NCBI GenBank assembly: GCA_021613535.1
Contig: CP075495.1
Coordinates: 15,624,001 to 15,688,000, forward strand
Source: Adineta vaga
Taxonomy: Eukaryota; Animalia; Rotifera
DNA: 64,000 nucleotides
Direction of reading: 5' to 3'
In this document: piece after piece, positions 13,410 through 23,213 of the stretch
Layout: every line of letters begins with the position of its first letter
How positions within the stretch are numbered: the first letter of the stretch is position 1
Notes under the pieces: model-generated
What the model saw: the letters and a program-made list of their open reading frames with translations, nothing else
Told to the model about the DNA's origin: nothing
The model's database searches: none
Made by a program: the position numbers and the translations under genes

Positions 13410-15719
13410 ATGCAATTTGATCGTGTGAAAAGAATCTTTCTCGTATCTGATTCGGACATTAGAAGAAGTGAAGAAAATACAAATGAACATACAAATAATT
13501 CATCTATCAATAATAAATGTCTCCAAGGATTGATTCTAATTTGGATTGATGAACATGCAAAAAATTATTCACTTAATTCATTACGAACAAAAGCAATTCT
13601 TAAAGAAATAAGTGATAATAATTGTTTATTTATTAATGATATTAATGATTTATCAACAATTATTCAAAAACAAAAAGAAGAAAACAAAGAAATATTAATT
13701 ATTATGGGAGAATCATATGCAAAGAATCATTTAAAAAACGAAATAATAACAGAAAAAATAATTATATTTTCTCCAAATTATCAAGACAAAGATGATTTGA
13801 AAAAATTGAATTCTAATATTTTAAATATTTGTACAAATTTTGAAGAATTACAAAATATTTTAGAAAATAATTGTGAATCATTATCATTTGGTTTATTTAC
13901 TAATCAAACAATGGAATCTTTTAGACCATTAACACCATTAAAAGGTGCTGATAATTGTAATTCATATTATGATTATATGTTATTTATTGAAATCTTAAAA
14001 GATATGCCACAAACAAAAGAATCCAAAGATATTATGTTAAATAAAGCAAAAGATTATTATGAAAAAATCGAAAAAAATTCTAAGTATCCAACAAAGATCG
14101 AAAAATTTCGAAATAAATACATATCAAATGATGCTATTCGTTGGTATCAAAAAGATTCATTTGTTTATCGTATAATTAATCGAGCATTTCGAACAAATAA
14201 TGTTCAAATATGGTATTTATTTCGTTATTATATCAATGATTTATGTAAACAAATAGAAAATATTCATAAAATTCAAAATATTCAACAATCTCTTAAATTA
14301 TATCGTGGACAAATTATTTCAACAAATGAAATAAAAATTTTACAATTAAATCCGAATTGTAAAATTGCAATGAATGGATTTTTTTCCACATCAAGAAATG
14401 AAAATGGTGCTGAAGCATTCATTGCGGGAGGAATGAATACAAATAATTATAAAATTGTTTTATTTCAAATTTTTGTTAATACATCTCAACTTAAAAATAT
14501 TAGTTTTGTTGATGTGCCTTTAATAACTAAAAAATTTGAAGATGAAGAAGAAATTTTATTTAATATTGGAACAGTTTTCAAAATTATTAAAATTACTGAA
14601 GGTTTAGAAAATAATCCTTGGCAAATTGAAATGGAAGCAACAGATGAAGGATTAGATGAAATGAAGAAAAACATAAATTTAGCAAAAGATAAATTTTCAT
14701 ATGGAAATATAAATTTATCATTTGGTCAATTATTAATTGAAATGAATCAATATATTAAAGGTGAATCATATTATCAAATGCTTTTAGATATTTTACCTAA
14801 ATTTCATAAAGATCGATCATCTGTTCATGATCAACTTGGAATTTTATATATGCGTTTAACTGATTGGAAAGAAGCATTTAAACATTTTCAAATTGCATAT
14901 GAAATAAAAAAGAAAAAATTTCATTTAAATCGTCAAGAATTATCAATAACACGTAATAATATTGGAAATTATTATCTTAAAATAGGAAATTATGATCAAG
15001 CACTTCGATATTATATAAAAGCATTACGTTATTCACCAAATGAAATAAATAAAATCGTTACACAATTAAATATTTGTTCAATTTATATTTTAAATAAAAA
15101 TTCTCATAAAGCTTATCTTTTAATTATTGAAATAGAAAATATTCTTAGAAAAAATTATTCATCATCTTATATTGAATTAATTAAATGTTATCTTTTACTT
15201 GGAAATATTTATTTTGATCAAGAAAAATATTTTATTTCAAAAGGATATTATGATCAAGCATTGAATATATCTCAAAAATATTTAAATATTAATCATAAAT
15301 GTCGAATTAATTCTTTATTTATTTATATTGATTTTTATAAAAAACAAAATTTAAATAAAGAAGCAATAGAATTTTGTCAAAAGAATTTTAATGATTATAA
15401 ACAACATTTATTATCAAATCATATAATAAATGCTTATTTTTTAATGAAATTTGCAGAATTATATAATGATAAAGATGATTATAAAGAAAAAGAAAGTGTT
15501 TTAAAAGAAGCATTAGTTATTTTAGAAGAAAATTTTCATTTAGAATATGAAACAACAGCAAAATGTTTAATAAGTTTAGCGAAATTTTATTTAAATAATA
15601 ATGAAAAATTAAAAGCATTAGAATATTATAAACGAACAATTGAAATCTATGAAAAAATTTATCCAGAAAATCATCAAATTATTCAACAAACAAATCAATA
15701 TTTTAATCATATCATTTAA
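13410..15719 (+). CDS. ART-TPR protein (N-terminal LIWID domain, R-S-E ADP-ribosyltransferase, TPR repeats)
   Basis: Uninterrupted 769-aa ORF with WYQKDSFVYRIINRAFR, LYRGQ, FFSTSR and DEEEILF, followed by TPRs such as NNIGNYYLKIGNYDQALRYYIKAL. Confidence 0.9.
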   Translation: MQFDRVKRIFLVSDSDIRRSEENTNEHTNNSSINNKCLQGLILIWIDEHAKNYSLNSLRTKAILKEISDNNCLFINDINDLSTIIQKQKEENKEILIIMGESYAKNHLKNEIITEKIIIFSPNYQDKDDLKKLNSNILNICTNFEELQNILENNCESLSFGLFTNQTMESFRPLTPLKGADNCNSYYDYMLFIEILKDMPQTKESKDIMLNKAKDYYEKIEKNSKYPTKIEKFRNKYISNDAIRWYQKDSFVYRIINRAFRTNNVQIWYLFRYYINDLCKQIENIHKIQNIQQSLKLYRGQIISTNEIKILQLNPNCKIAMNGFFSTSRNENGAEAFIAGGMNTNNYKIVLFQIFVNTSQLKNISFVDVPLITKKFEDEEEILFNIGTVFKIIKITEGLENNPWQIEMEATDEGLDEMKKNINLAKDKFSYGNINLSFGQLLIEMNQYIKGESYYQMLLDILPKFHKDRSSVHDQLGILYMRLTDWKEAFKHFQIAYEIKKKKFHLNRQELSITRNNIGNYYLKIGNYDQALRYYIKALRYSPNEINKIVTQLNICSIYILNKNSHKAYLLIIEIENILRKNYSSSYIELIKCYLLLGNIYFDQEKYFISKGYYDQALNISQKYLNINHKCRINSLFIYIDFYKKQNLNKEAIEFCQKNFNDYKQHLLSNHIINAYFLMKFAELYNDKDDYKEKESVLKEALVILEENFHLEYETTAKCLISLAKFYLNNNEKLKALEYYKRTIEIYEKIYPENHQIIQQTNQYFNHII

Positions 15720-15888
15720 TTTTAGAATTTTTCTATTTTTTATATAAAAATAAATAAATCAAATCAAATCAAAGATAAAATCGTTATTCGTCGATATTTT
15801 CTGCTTATGATATGAAAAAAACGTGTCAGGTGATTCATTGTAATAAATCATGATATTATTTGTTTATATCGATCTTATTTTCAAATCT

Positions 15889-16565
15889 ATGTCTGCAGTT
15901 TATACACGAGGAGGTTGGCCTTCTATTCCAGATGATTCTCTGATCATTCTTAATGATTCTTCATCAAATGAACAAACAAATATTTTCTCATTTATTAATA
16001 TTTATAATCAAAATTCTTCAATATATCAATATAAATTCATAATGATCATTATTATTATTATTATTATAATCTTTATAGTTTTATCAATATTTTTTATGAA
16101 ATTCTTTCATATAACAAAACAACCATTGACATCAAATTTAATATTATTCAATATATCTGAGAATTTCAGTATGAAAAGTTTATTTTTAACTTCGATTCAA
16201 AAATAATAAACTTTCTCATGTTATTTACTTTAGAAAGACCATCAGAAGTTAAATTTAAGGTCGATATAAATTCTGACATCAATTCATCAAATCCAATAGA
16301 TTCGGAAATGTTTAATTGGATGAATTATAAAAATATAACTTTATTCAATGAAACATGTGCATCATATGTTAAACTTTTTGCATCTGGACCAATGACAAAA
16401 TGGAAAAGTAGTTTTGAATGTCATGAAGATGGTCCAACTGGTTATGGAAAACATGTAGATAATCAACAATTAGCTGTTATTATTGCTATTGAAGATTATT
16501 TAAAGAAAACAAATCAATCTACTTTACTAACATATGAACAAATACAACAATTAACAATAATTTAA
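15889..16565 (+). CDS. Second type II membrane ALF-like paralogue, about 203 aa
   Basis: Poly-Ile TM in exon 1 and a phase-1 intron at 16169-16233. Exon 2 has W..YKNITLFNET, then C-x20-C (CASYVKLFASGPMTKWKSSFEC), then AIEDYLKK...LLTYEQI. Collinear with the 12566-13280 protein. Confidence 0.7.
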
Positions 16566-16978
16566 TCGAATTATTCTTGGTAGTTTTTAAAATATTCTTT
16601 TAAATGTTAACTTGCTCCATCTTCAATTACATTATAACGAAGTTTTTGTACAATAATACTCTTTAAAAAAAAAGAAGAATACGATTACTTCAACTTTAAT
16701 TCAATTTATTGTTTTATGCTTCAAGGTATTAGTCAAATCTTTTATTTCATGAAATATTCAACGTCAAAGTTAGAAGAAAGAATAGAAAGGTATAATATAT
16801 AATTCGAATATAAATTACCGTATTATGTCGTAATAAATCAGATAGATATTCTAAACCTTTTTATCATCGATTTGATTATCTCTAAGAATTATTGTTGTGA
16901 GTGGATGTGAAAATAGAAACAAATTCATATTCGAATAAATCCATGAAAAATTCTATTATTATTGAGATTCAATTTCGT

Positions 16979-17051
16979 GAGTGTCCATACGGGTGTGTGT
17001 GGGGGGGGGGGGTACGGATGAAAGTGAAGAAGATATACCTACACCCTCAAG
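16979..17051. repeat. Telomere-repeat-like hairpin, degenerate copy
   Basis: gggtgtgtgt-polyG-tacggatgaaagtgaagaagatatacctacaccctcaag; shares the purine-rich spacer with the 10210 and 19839 copies. Confidence 0.65.
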
Positions 17052-17321
17052 GTGGATATATTCATGTCTTTTTTGTTTCTTCTTTCTTTCCTACCGGTTT
17101 ACGGTTTTATTCTAATAATATCACACATGTTATTAGTAGAACGAACAAAAGAGTGAATAACTTCTTTTTTATCATTATGAAATAAAAATTATATCTCTAA
17201 AGAACAACATAATAATAAAAAATCTTTTTCTTGAATAGTTTAATTTATTGTAGTTTTCCTGTGCATTTAAAAATAACTATAATAGGATAAATAAAATGTT
17301 AGTATTAATTATCGAATAGAT

Positions 17322-17927
17322 TCAAACTAATCGTAAGAGATTTCTATCTGATAATTCTCTTCCAATATAACCCATAACAACATTTGAAATATCCCGTTTT
17401 TGTATAATAGCTGCTGCACCTGCACCCGCACCACCAACAACTGCACCACCAGCAGCTCCTACTGCTAATGCTGCTGCAACTCCAACATTAACACCCGGAA
17501 CTAATAGAGCTGCTCCAGCAACTGCTCCTCCGGCGACAACTCCAATCCCCATAGCAGCACCAATTCTTCCCCAGTTAACTTGTCTAGTTTGTATTGCAGA
17601 ACAATAAACAATATCGTATTTACCATTTACTTTTCTGAATGTTAAAAATACTTTTTTGAATCCAGTTTCACTCGGTACATTATGATCTGAATATCGTGCA
17701 CCTTTATCACCAACTAATCCTGATCGTTTTAAAAGATTTTTCAAATCATTATCCGTAACTCGGCTCATGAGTGTTTGAAGATCATTATCATCAATACCTT
17801 GATATGTTGCAAAATCAAAAACAAATGATTCTTGTATCATGGAAAATACACCTGCTGTGCTTTTGACTTGATCAGTATATTTTGTTACTTCTTCACGTTG
17901 AATATCATGAATAGGAGCGACCGACAT
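17322..17927 (-). CDS. Unknown 201-aa protein with a long Gly/Ala-rich (glycine-zipper) hydrophobic segment
   Basis: Intact ORF with about 55 aa of G/A/V-rich sequence. Paralogous to 18298-18984 (SAIQT...W motif). Confidence 0.85.
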   Translation of the reverse strand: MSVAPIHDIQREEVTKYTDQVKSTAGVFSMIQESFVFDFATYQGIDDNDLQTLMSRVTDNDLKNLLKRSGLVGDKGARYSDHNVPSETGFKKVFLTFRKVNGKYDIVYCSAIQTRQVNWGRIGAAMGIGVVAGGAVAGAALLVPGVNVGVAAALAVGAAGGAVVGGAGAGAAAIIQKRDISNVVMGYIGRELSDRNLLRLV

Positions 17928-18297
17928 TATAAATTCTATGAAAAAAATCTACGATTTGTAAGAATAACTGTGTCTACTATGGTAAAGATAATGGATTTCA
18001 AATAAAGTCAATTTTATTAATATATATATATACAAAGTTAAGATTTCATAACTAAAAAATGTCTTGTTTTTTTCCTTGGATTATGTTTTTTTCACTTATT
18101 TTATGCAGCGAATATTTTCATTACTCAAATCAAATATTGTGTTCTTATCAAATTTCTTCGTTGGTTTTTTCCTTCCTTCTGAGCTATATCATTGCAATTT
18201 ATATGTCGATATAAAAGATAATGTACTTTTTGTATATTTACAGCGAGAATAACGATAAATTTCTTCTCTTATTTTGTGATTTTAAATCGTTTGTACA

Positions 18298-18984
18298 ATG
18301 TCCATCCAATCTATGAATGGTAATGCAAGAATATTTAATCCACTTGAAGCATCAAAATATTTAGAAAAATTAGAAAGTGATAAGAAATTAGGAACATTAA
18401 TTCGTTATAATCATAAGTTCGATTGGAGTAAAAATGAAGGTTTAGAAGAAAATGAAGTTAAAATCATGGCTAATAGATGTCAAAGTAAGGAATTAAAAGG
18501 ACTCTACGAATCAGCATTAAAAACATTAACAAATAATGATCAATCAACATTACTTGTAAATGATGGTAATAACAATGATATGTCTCAATCAAATAGATTA
18601 AGAAAATCTTATGTTTTATATGCTGAAAGAAAAAATGATAAATTTAATATCGTCGCTGCAAGTGCAATTCAAACAAAAGAATTTGATTGGGAAAAAATCA
18701 AAACAATGGGTTTAACTTCTTTACTAGGATTTACAGCAATCGGTACTGGAATAGGTGCTGCAATTGGATCATTTGCTGGACCGGCAGGAACTTTGGCTGG
18801 AAGTGTTGTTGGTGGAAGTATCGGTGGTGCGGTAAGTGCTTCTGGAATGGTTGGTAAAGTGTATAGCGATTATCAACAACAAATGCCAGAAGCTGTTTAT
18901 GCGTATATATTTCAAGAATTACAAGAAAAACATTTATTACAAATTAATGATAATAAATTTGCTTTTGAACATAATCAAAATTAG
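18298..18984 (+). CDS. Unknown 228-aa glycine-zipper protein, divergent paralogue of 17322-17927
   Basis: Intact ORF with GxxxG repeats (GTGIGAAIGSFAGPAGTLAGSVVGGSIGG). Collinear similarity to its head-to-head neighbour. Confidence 0.85.
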   Translation: MSIQSMNGNARIFNPLEASKYLEKLESDKKLGTLIRYNHKFDWSKNEGLEENEVKIMANRCQSKELKGLYESALKTLTNNDQSTLLVNDGNNNDMSQSNRLRKSYVLYAERKNDKFNIVAASAIQTKEFDWEKIKTMGLTSLLGFTAIGTGIGAAIGSFAGPAGTLAGSVVGGSIGGAVSASGMVGKVYSDYQQQMPEAVYAYIFQELQEKHLLQINDNKFAFEHNQN

Positions 18985-19214
18985 AGGATTAATTGAATTA
19001 TATCATTTCTATTTTCACTTTTATGTTAATGATTTTTAAAATAAACGAGATGTATTGATCTTTTGTTACGTAAGAAAGCTCGTACAAAAAAATTAGTTAT
19101 TATAATTTATAATCTAAATTGGCAAAACAGATTGTTTTCAGGATAGAAGACTGTTTTTTAATACATGTTCAAAAATTATTAATTAAATTTATTTTAGATG
19201 AAAATCAAAAAATT

Positions 19215-19838
19215 TCAATAAGAAAAATTGAATTTTTTTGATTTTGTCTTTGATACAATATGTTTTAATTGTCGTCGTGCTTTTTCTGATAAACTACAAT
19301 GTTGTAATGAAAGAAATTTTAATGTTTGATTTTGTTCAAGAATTTCTATAAGAATTTGTAATGATTGATCTGTTATAAATTTATTAAATGAAATATATAA
19401 TTTTTCTAATGAAGAATTTGATTGACAAAGAATTTTTGCAAATAATTCAATACTTTGATCAGTAATACCAGTATTATGTAAAGTAAGAAATGTTATTGTT
19501 TGATTTATTTGAAATAAACGATATGAATGTTCAATACCTTTATCACCAATATTGAAATTTCCTGAAAGACCAAGATATTTTAATTGATTTGTTTCTTTAA
19601 TTAATTGATTAACAAGTAATTCAATTCCAATTGATGTTAAATAATTATCACGTAAAATAAGACGAATACATTTCTTTTTTTCATTATGAAATATTTGTTG
19701 ATTAATTAATTTTATATTATTATCAATTATTTCTAATGAAGATAAATTTAAAGTTTCATTAAGATTATCTTGTTCATATTCAATAAGTTTTTCTTCTAAT
19801 TTAAAATTTCTTTTCATTTCAACAACAATTGTTAAATC
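19215..19838 (-). pseudogene. 3' part of an RNI-type LRR gene, truncated at its 5' end
   Basis: LxLxxNxI...GxxxL repeats. The reading frame runs into the hairpin motif at 19839. Bases 19728-19838 are duplicated at 29413-29524. Confidence 0.75.
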
Positions 19839-19896
19839 TTGAGGATGTGGGTGGGTGGGTGTGGATGAGGAGAAGATACCCACACCCACACCCTAC
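19839..19896. repeat. Telomere-repeat-like hairpin at the LRR breakpoint
   Basis: ttgaggatgtgggtgggtgggtgtggatgaggagaagatacccacacccacacccta. Confidence 0.8.
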
Positions 19897-20192
19897 TGAC
19901 ACAATTTTGTACGAGCTTAAATTTAATATAAACTACTTCGTGAAGTCATTTGTTCTTAAGATCGAATCAAAGAAATGCAACGTTTTTACACTATCCTATA
20001 GAAAAAATTTATCTATATTTTTAATTGATTAATTCATTAACAATAAATAGTCGATTATAATTATAGATTTTTTATAGAAATTTTTCAATACAGGTATTAC
20101 AAAGCAAGTTATTTATTTATATCTCTATAGATGTTTCTATTCAGTTCATTTAACACTTGACCAACATATCAATATAATCCAAACTTAAACTA

Positions 20193-20447
20193 ATGTCAGC
20201 CGGTTATCCAATAATTGTTATTTTTTGGTTTGCTTTTATAATTGGTTTGACCATATGTAGTTGGTACTGTCGTTACTATCGATGAAAGCAAGCAGAGGAA
20301 CGATTTCTTCGTCGGGTAGAAATGGCTGCAGCTCAAGGTCAACCACGTATCGTCTATCATATACAACCAATTACTGTACCACTTCTACAAGAGTCAGCAC
20401 CTTCAACTTACCAACAAGTAATTTCTGCTCAACAATATACAGAATAA
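20193..20447 (+). pseudogene. Small single-pass membrane protein gene with an internal TGA
   Basis: MSAGYPIIVIFWFAFIIGLTICSWYCRYYR*KQAEERFLRR...APSTYQQVISAQQYTE*. One in-frame stop at 20283-20285, probably CGA>TGA. Confidence 0.55.
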
Positions 20448-21284
20448 AATGAATTACTAATTCTCTATTATATAATAACAAATAATGATTATGTATTTCA
20501 ATAAAATCTGAAAATGAACAATTTTTATTCTACATTCTATATAACTTAAAAGTATAGATTATATATTAATAATTATTCAATTAGAAAACGTTTATATTCA
20601 ATGATCGAATGTGGGGTATAGGTGTAGCAGAAACATTTTCTTCAAATAATATACTCGAACGTAAAGATGAATTACTTGTAGCAGTGGTTGATGAAAAGAA
20701 GGAAAGTCAATTAAGTGGTATTATCTTTTCAACCATCAACATTAACAAAAGTAAAACATTGCATGCTAATTCTTGGCGAACCAGAAAACTCAGTCGTTCA
20801 AAAAGCATTTCATGTTGAGGTTAAATATGGAGTTGCTGATTTAGGTTCAGAAGTCAGTCAAAAGAAAGATAGTATTCCTCAACTATAGAACTTTATTTCA
20901 AACCACGTGCGCTCAAGGTGAAGCTACATTAGCTAGAAAAAACATTTCTTTTCGTTCTAAATGACAATTTCGTTTCTCCGCGTTAGTTATTCTACCATAG
21001 ATTCTTTGTATTTGAAGAAACCATCAAATCATGCGTAGACGTACGATTATGAGTTGTCTAATACTAATTCAAATTGGAGGGTGAAGGAATGGGCGTGAGT
21101 TTAGCTTCTTCATCCGCACTGACATCGAGAAAAAACGACAACTACTGCCCAAAATAGAAGTTTTGCCAGTTCTGTACGGCAAACAACACGCACATAAATG
21201 ACTCACACACAGGTAACTTAAAATAATAGACGAGAAAAAAAGAGATGAAATGCACTTTCATCACAATCCTTTAAATATCGTAAC

Positions 21285-21740
21285 ATGAACTCACTCACTC
21301 CCGTTCCCGTTAATATTTTACCCGATGCAACACTTTCTGCTCTCCAAAGTCAAAATAAACATTTGGACTATTCGCATGCGACAGAGCTCGAAATAAAAAA
21401 TGATACCAATCAGTCGATTCAAATTGAGGTGTCGCACGTAGACAGTCACGATTGGGACGGCTTATCGCGTCCAGATTTCCTGTTTCAAGATGTGCATATT
21501 GAAGCTGGATCATCGAAAAGAGAACGTCAACAGATCAAAGCCAGAAGGTCAAGAGCAACATATACAATGACGGCATGCCAAGATGGAAAGAAGCAATTTG
21601 CCATAATAATCAATCAATGGGATGCCATGGCTGATGGAGTGCAAGAGAAAGATGTGGATCTTGACAACGGCTATGTGGTACACCTTACTGGTGGCAAACG
21701 AATACTGACTATTTCGATTGCAATCAAAAGACATAGCTAA
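21285..21740 (+). CDS. Unknown 151-aa beta-rich protein (VDxxDWDGxSRPD motif), intronless and GC-elevated
   Basis: Intact ORF. About 40% GC in a hand-counted 60-bp sample, visibly higher than its neighbours. Confidence 0.7.
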   Translation: MNSLTPVPVNILPDATLSALQSQNKHLDYSHATELEIKNDTNQSIQIEVSHVDSHDWDGLSRPDFLFQDVHIEAGSSKRERQQIKARRSRATYTMTACQDGKKQFAIIINQWDAMADGVQEKDVDLDNGYVVHLTGGKRILTISIAIKRHS

Positions 21741-21793
21741 GAAACTTTTTGATAAACATCTCTTCAAATACAGTACTGCCCAGAACTCCCAAA

Positions 21794-21837
21794 GGGGTGA
21801 GGGTGAAGTGGGTGTAAGTCTGACATCCTCACCCTCA
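21794..21837. repeat. Telomere-repeat-like hairpin (TGAGGG type); a weaker copy lies at about 21076-21125
   Basis: ggggtgagggtgaagtgggtgtaagtctgacatcctcaccctca. Confidence 0.55.
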
Positions 21838-22443
21838 TTGATCTTTTTAATTATTTCTTCTTATTTAATTTCAATGATCATAAGAATATTCCTAAAATTT
21901 TCTCTTGTTGTTTTTGTTATTCGTAAAAATCTTTGTGCATAAAACAAAATATTCATTTCTTTAGTTTTTCATCAAAACCAATTCGAAACAAAAGTATAAA
22001 GAAAGAAAAATAAAATCAGAAATCTTCTCTTATTCCACAATTACAGTGGCTTTCTTAAATTGGTAAGGGGAATTAGTCTTACCACTGGCACACAAAAGAA
22101 ATACTTTTACCTCACACAATCGAGGGTCAGGTGAGTCGAGACGACAAACGTTACTTGTTCGATAATATTGACTGGAAAATACCGACATAATGTATATGAT
22201 AAAATGATTTTAGATATCGTCATTATGTTTATTTCTATGAAAAAGGAAAAGAATAAGAAAAAAAATACACCTTTTTACTTTTCATCGAACATGTGTAATC
22301 TTAATGATTCGGAAGAAACTGCGAAAAAAGGTATCTATTCAACTGTGTAACACAATCAGTTTTACTTTTTTCTCATAAAATCTGGGATTCTAATAATACA
22401 TAGAGATTCACATATATTTACTTTTAGTTATAAATTTTTTTAA

Positions 22444-23000
22444 ATGGCTTCGAATACTGTTGATCAAACAATGCTTGGTGGTCGTTTTTCTGATATTACT
22501 ACAGATTCGCGTAATATATCATCATCTATTCAAGATTGTGAAACAATGTCATTATAGTTTCAATTGAAGAAGCTGTTGAACCACTTATTTTAATCGTACC
22601 TAATATACGTGAGAAAGTTTCTATTGTCAAAGAATATTGTATGAATCCAGCAGACAACTTTTCAATTGATGAATCAGCTTCCATTATGCTTTACACTTTT
22701 GAATGGGAATCAACTCATGATTCACTTTATTTTATTCTTAATTCAACTCTTCGTAATGGAAATCGAATGAAATTCAAACCATGGTTTCTTTATTTAAAAT
22801 TAATTTTTACTGGGCTTAATCATCTTCCATCAACAAATGCACGTACAGTTTATTGAGGAATTAAACTTAATATGAGTAATATATTTCAACAAGGAAAACT
22901 ATTTCATTGGCCAGCATTCTCTTCATGTACAACAAGTATTAATGTTTTAGAAGAAGAACTATTTTTTGGTAAAACAGGTACAAAAACATTATTTGCTATC
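22444..23000 (+). pseudogene. ART-domain pseudogene truncated by a transposon insertion
   Basis: SIEEAVEPL, DESASIMLYT, SLYFILNSTLR, PWFLYLKL, TVY*GI (catalytic Arg codon now TGA at 22854), WPAFSSCT, KTLFAI. Frameshift near 22555. Sequence switches abruptly to GC-rich repeat at about 23000. Confidence 0.85.
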
Positions 23001-23213
23001 CCAGGTGCATCGATCCGACCGGTGGATCCGACGGGAAACTGTCGGAACCGACACCGGATCACGTCGGAATATGCAGGAATCCTAAGAAAATCCGATCGGA
23101 ACCCGACCGACTTTCACCGGAATCTATGACGTAGGATTCCGTCCCGGATTATGTCGGAAAAGATCCGATCGGTTATTGTCGGATCTGATGATCGGACACC
23201 ACCGTAACACATA

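Noticed and set aside
19839-19889. N-terminus MGVGIFSSSTPTHPHPQ of the 224-aa LRR ORF, and C-terminus TRAAIRTSFGG... of ORF 29300-29761
   Set aside because: These are read-through into the hairpin motif and the hAT element respectively.
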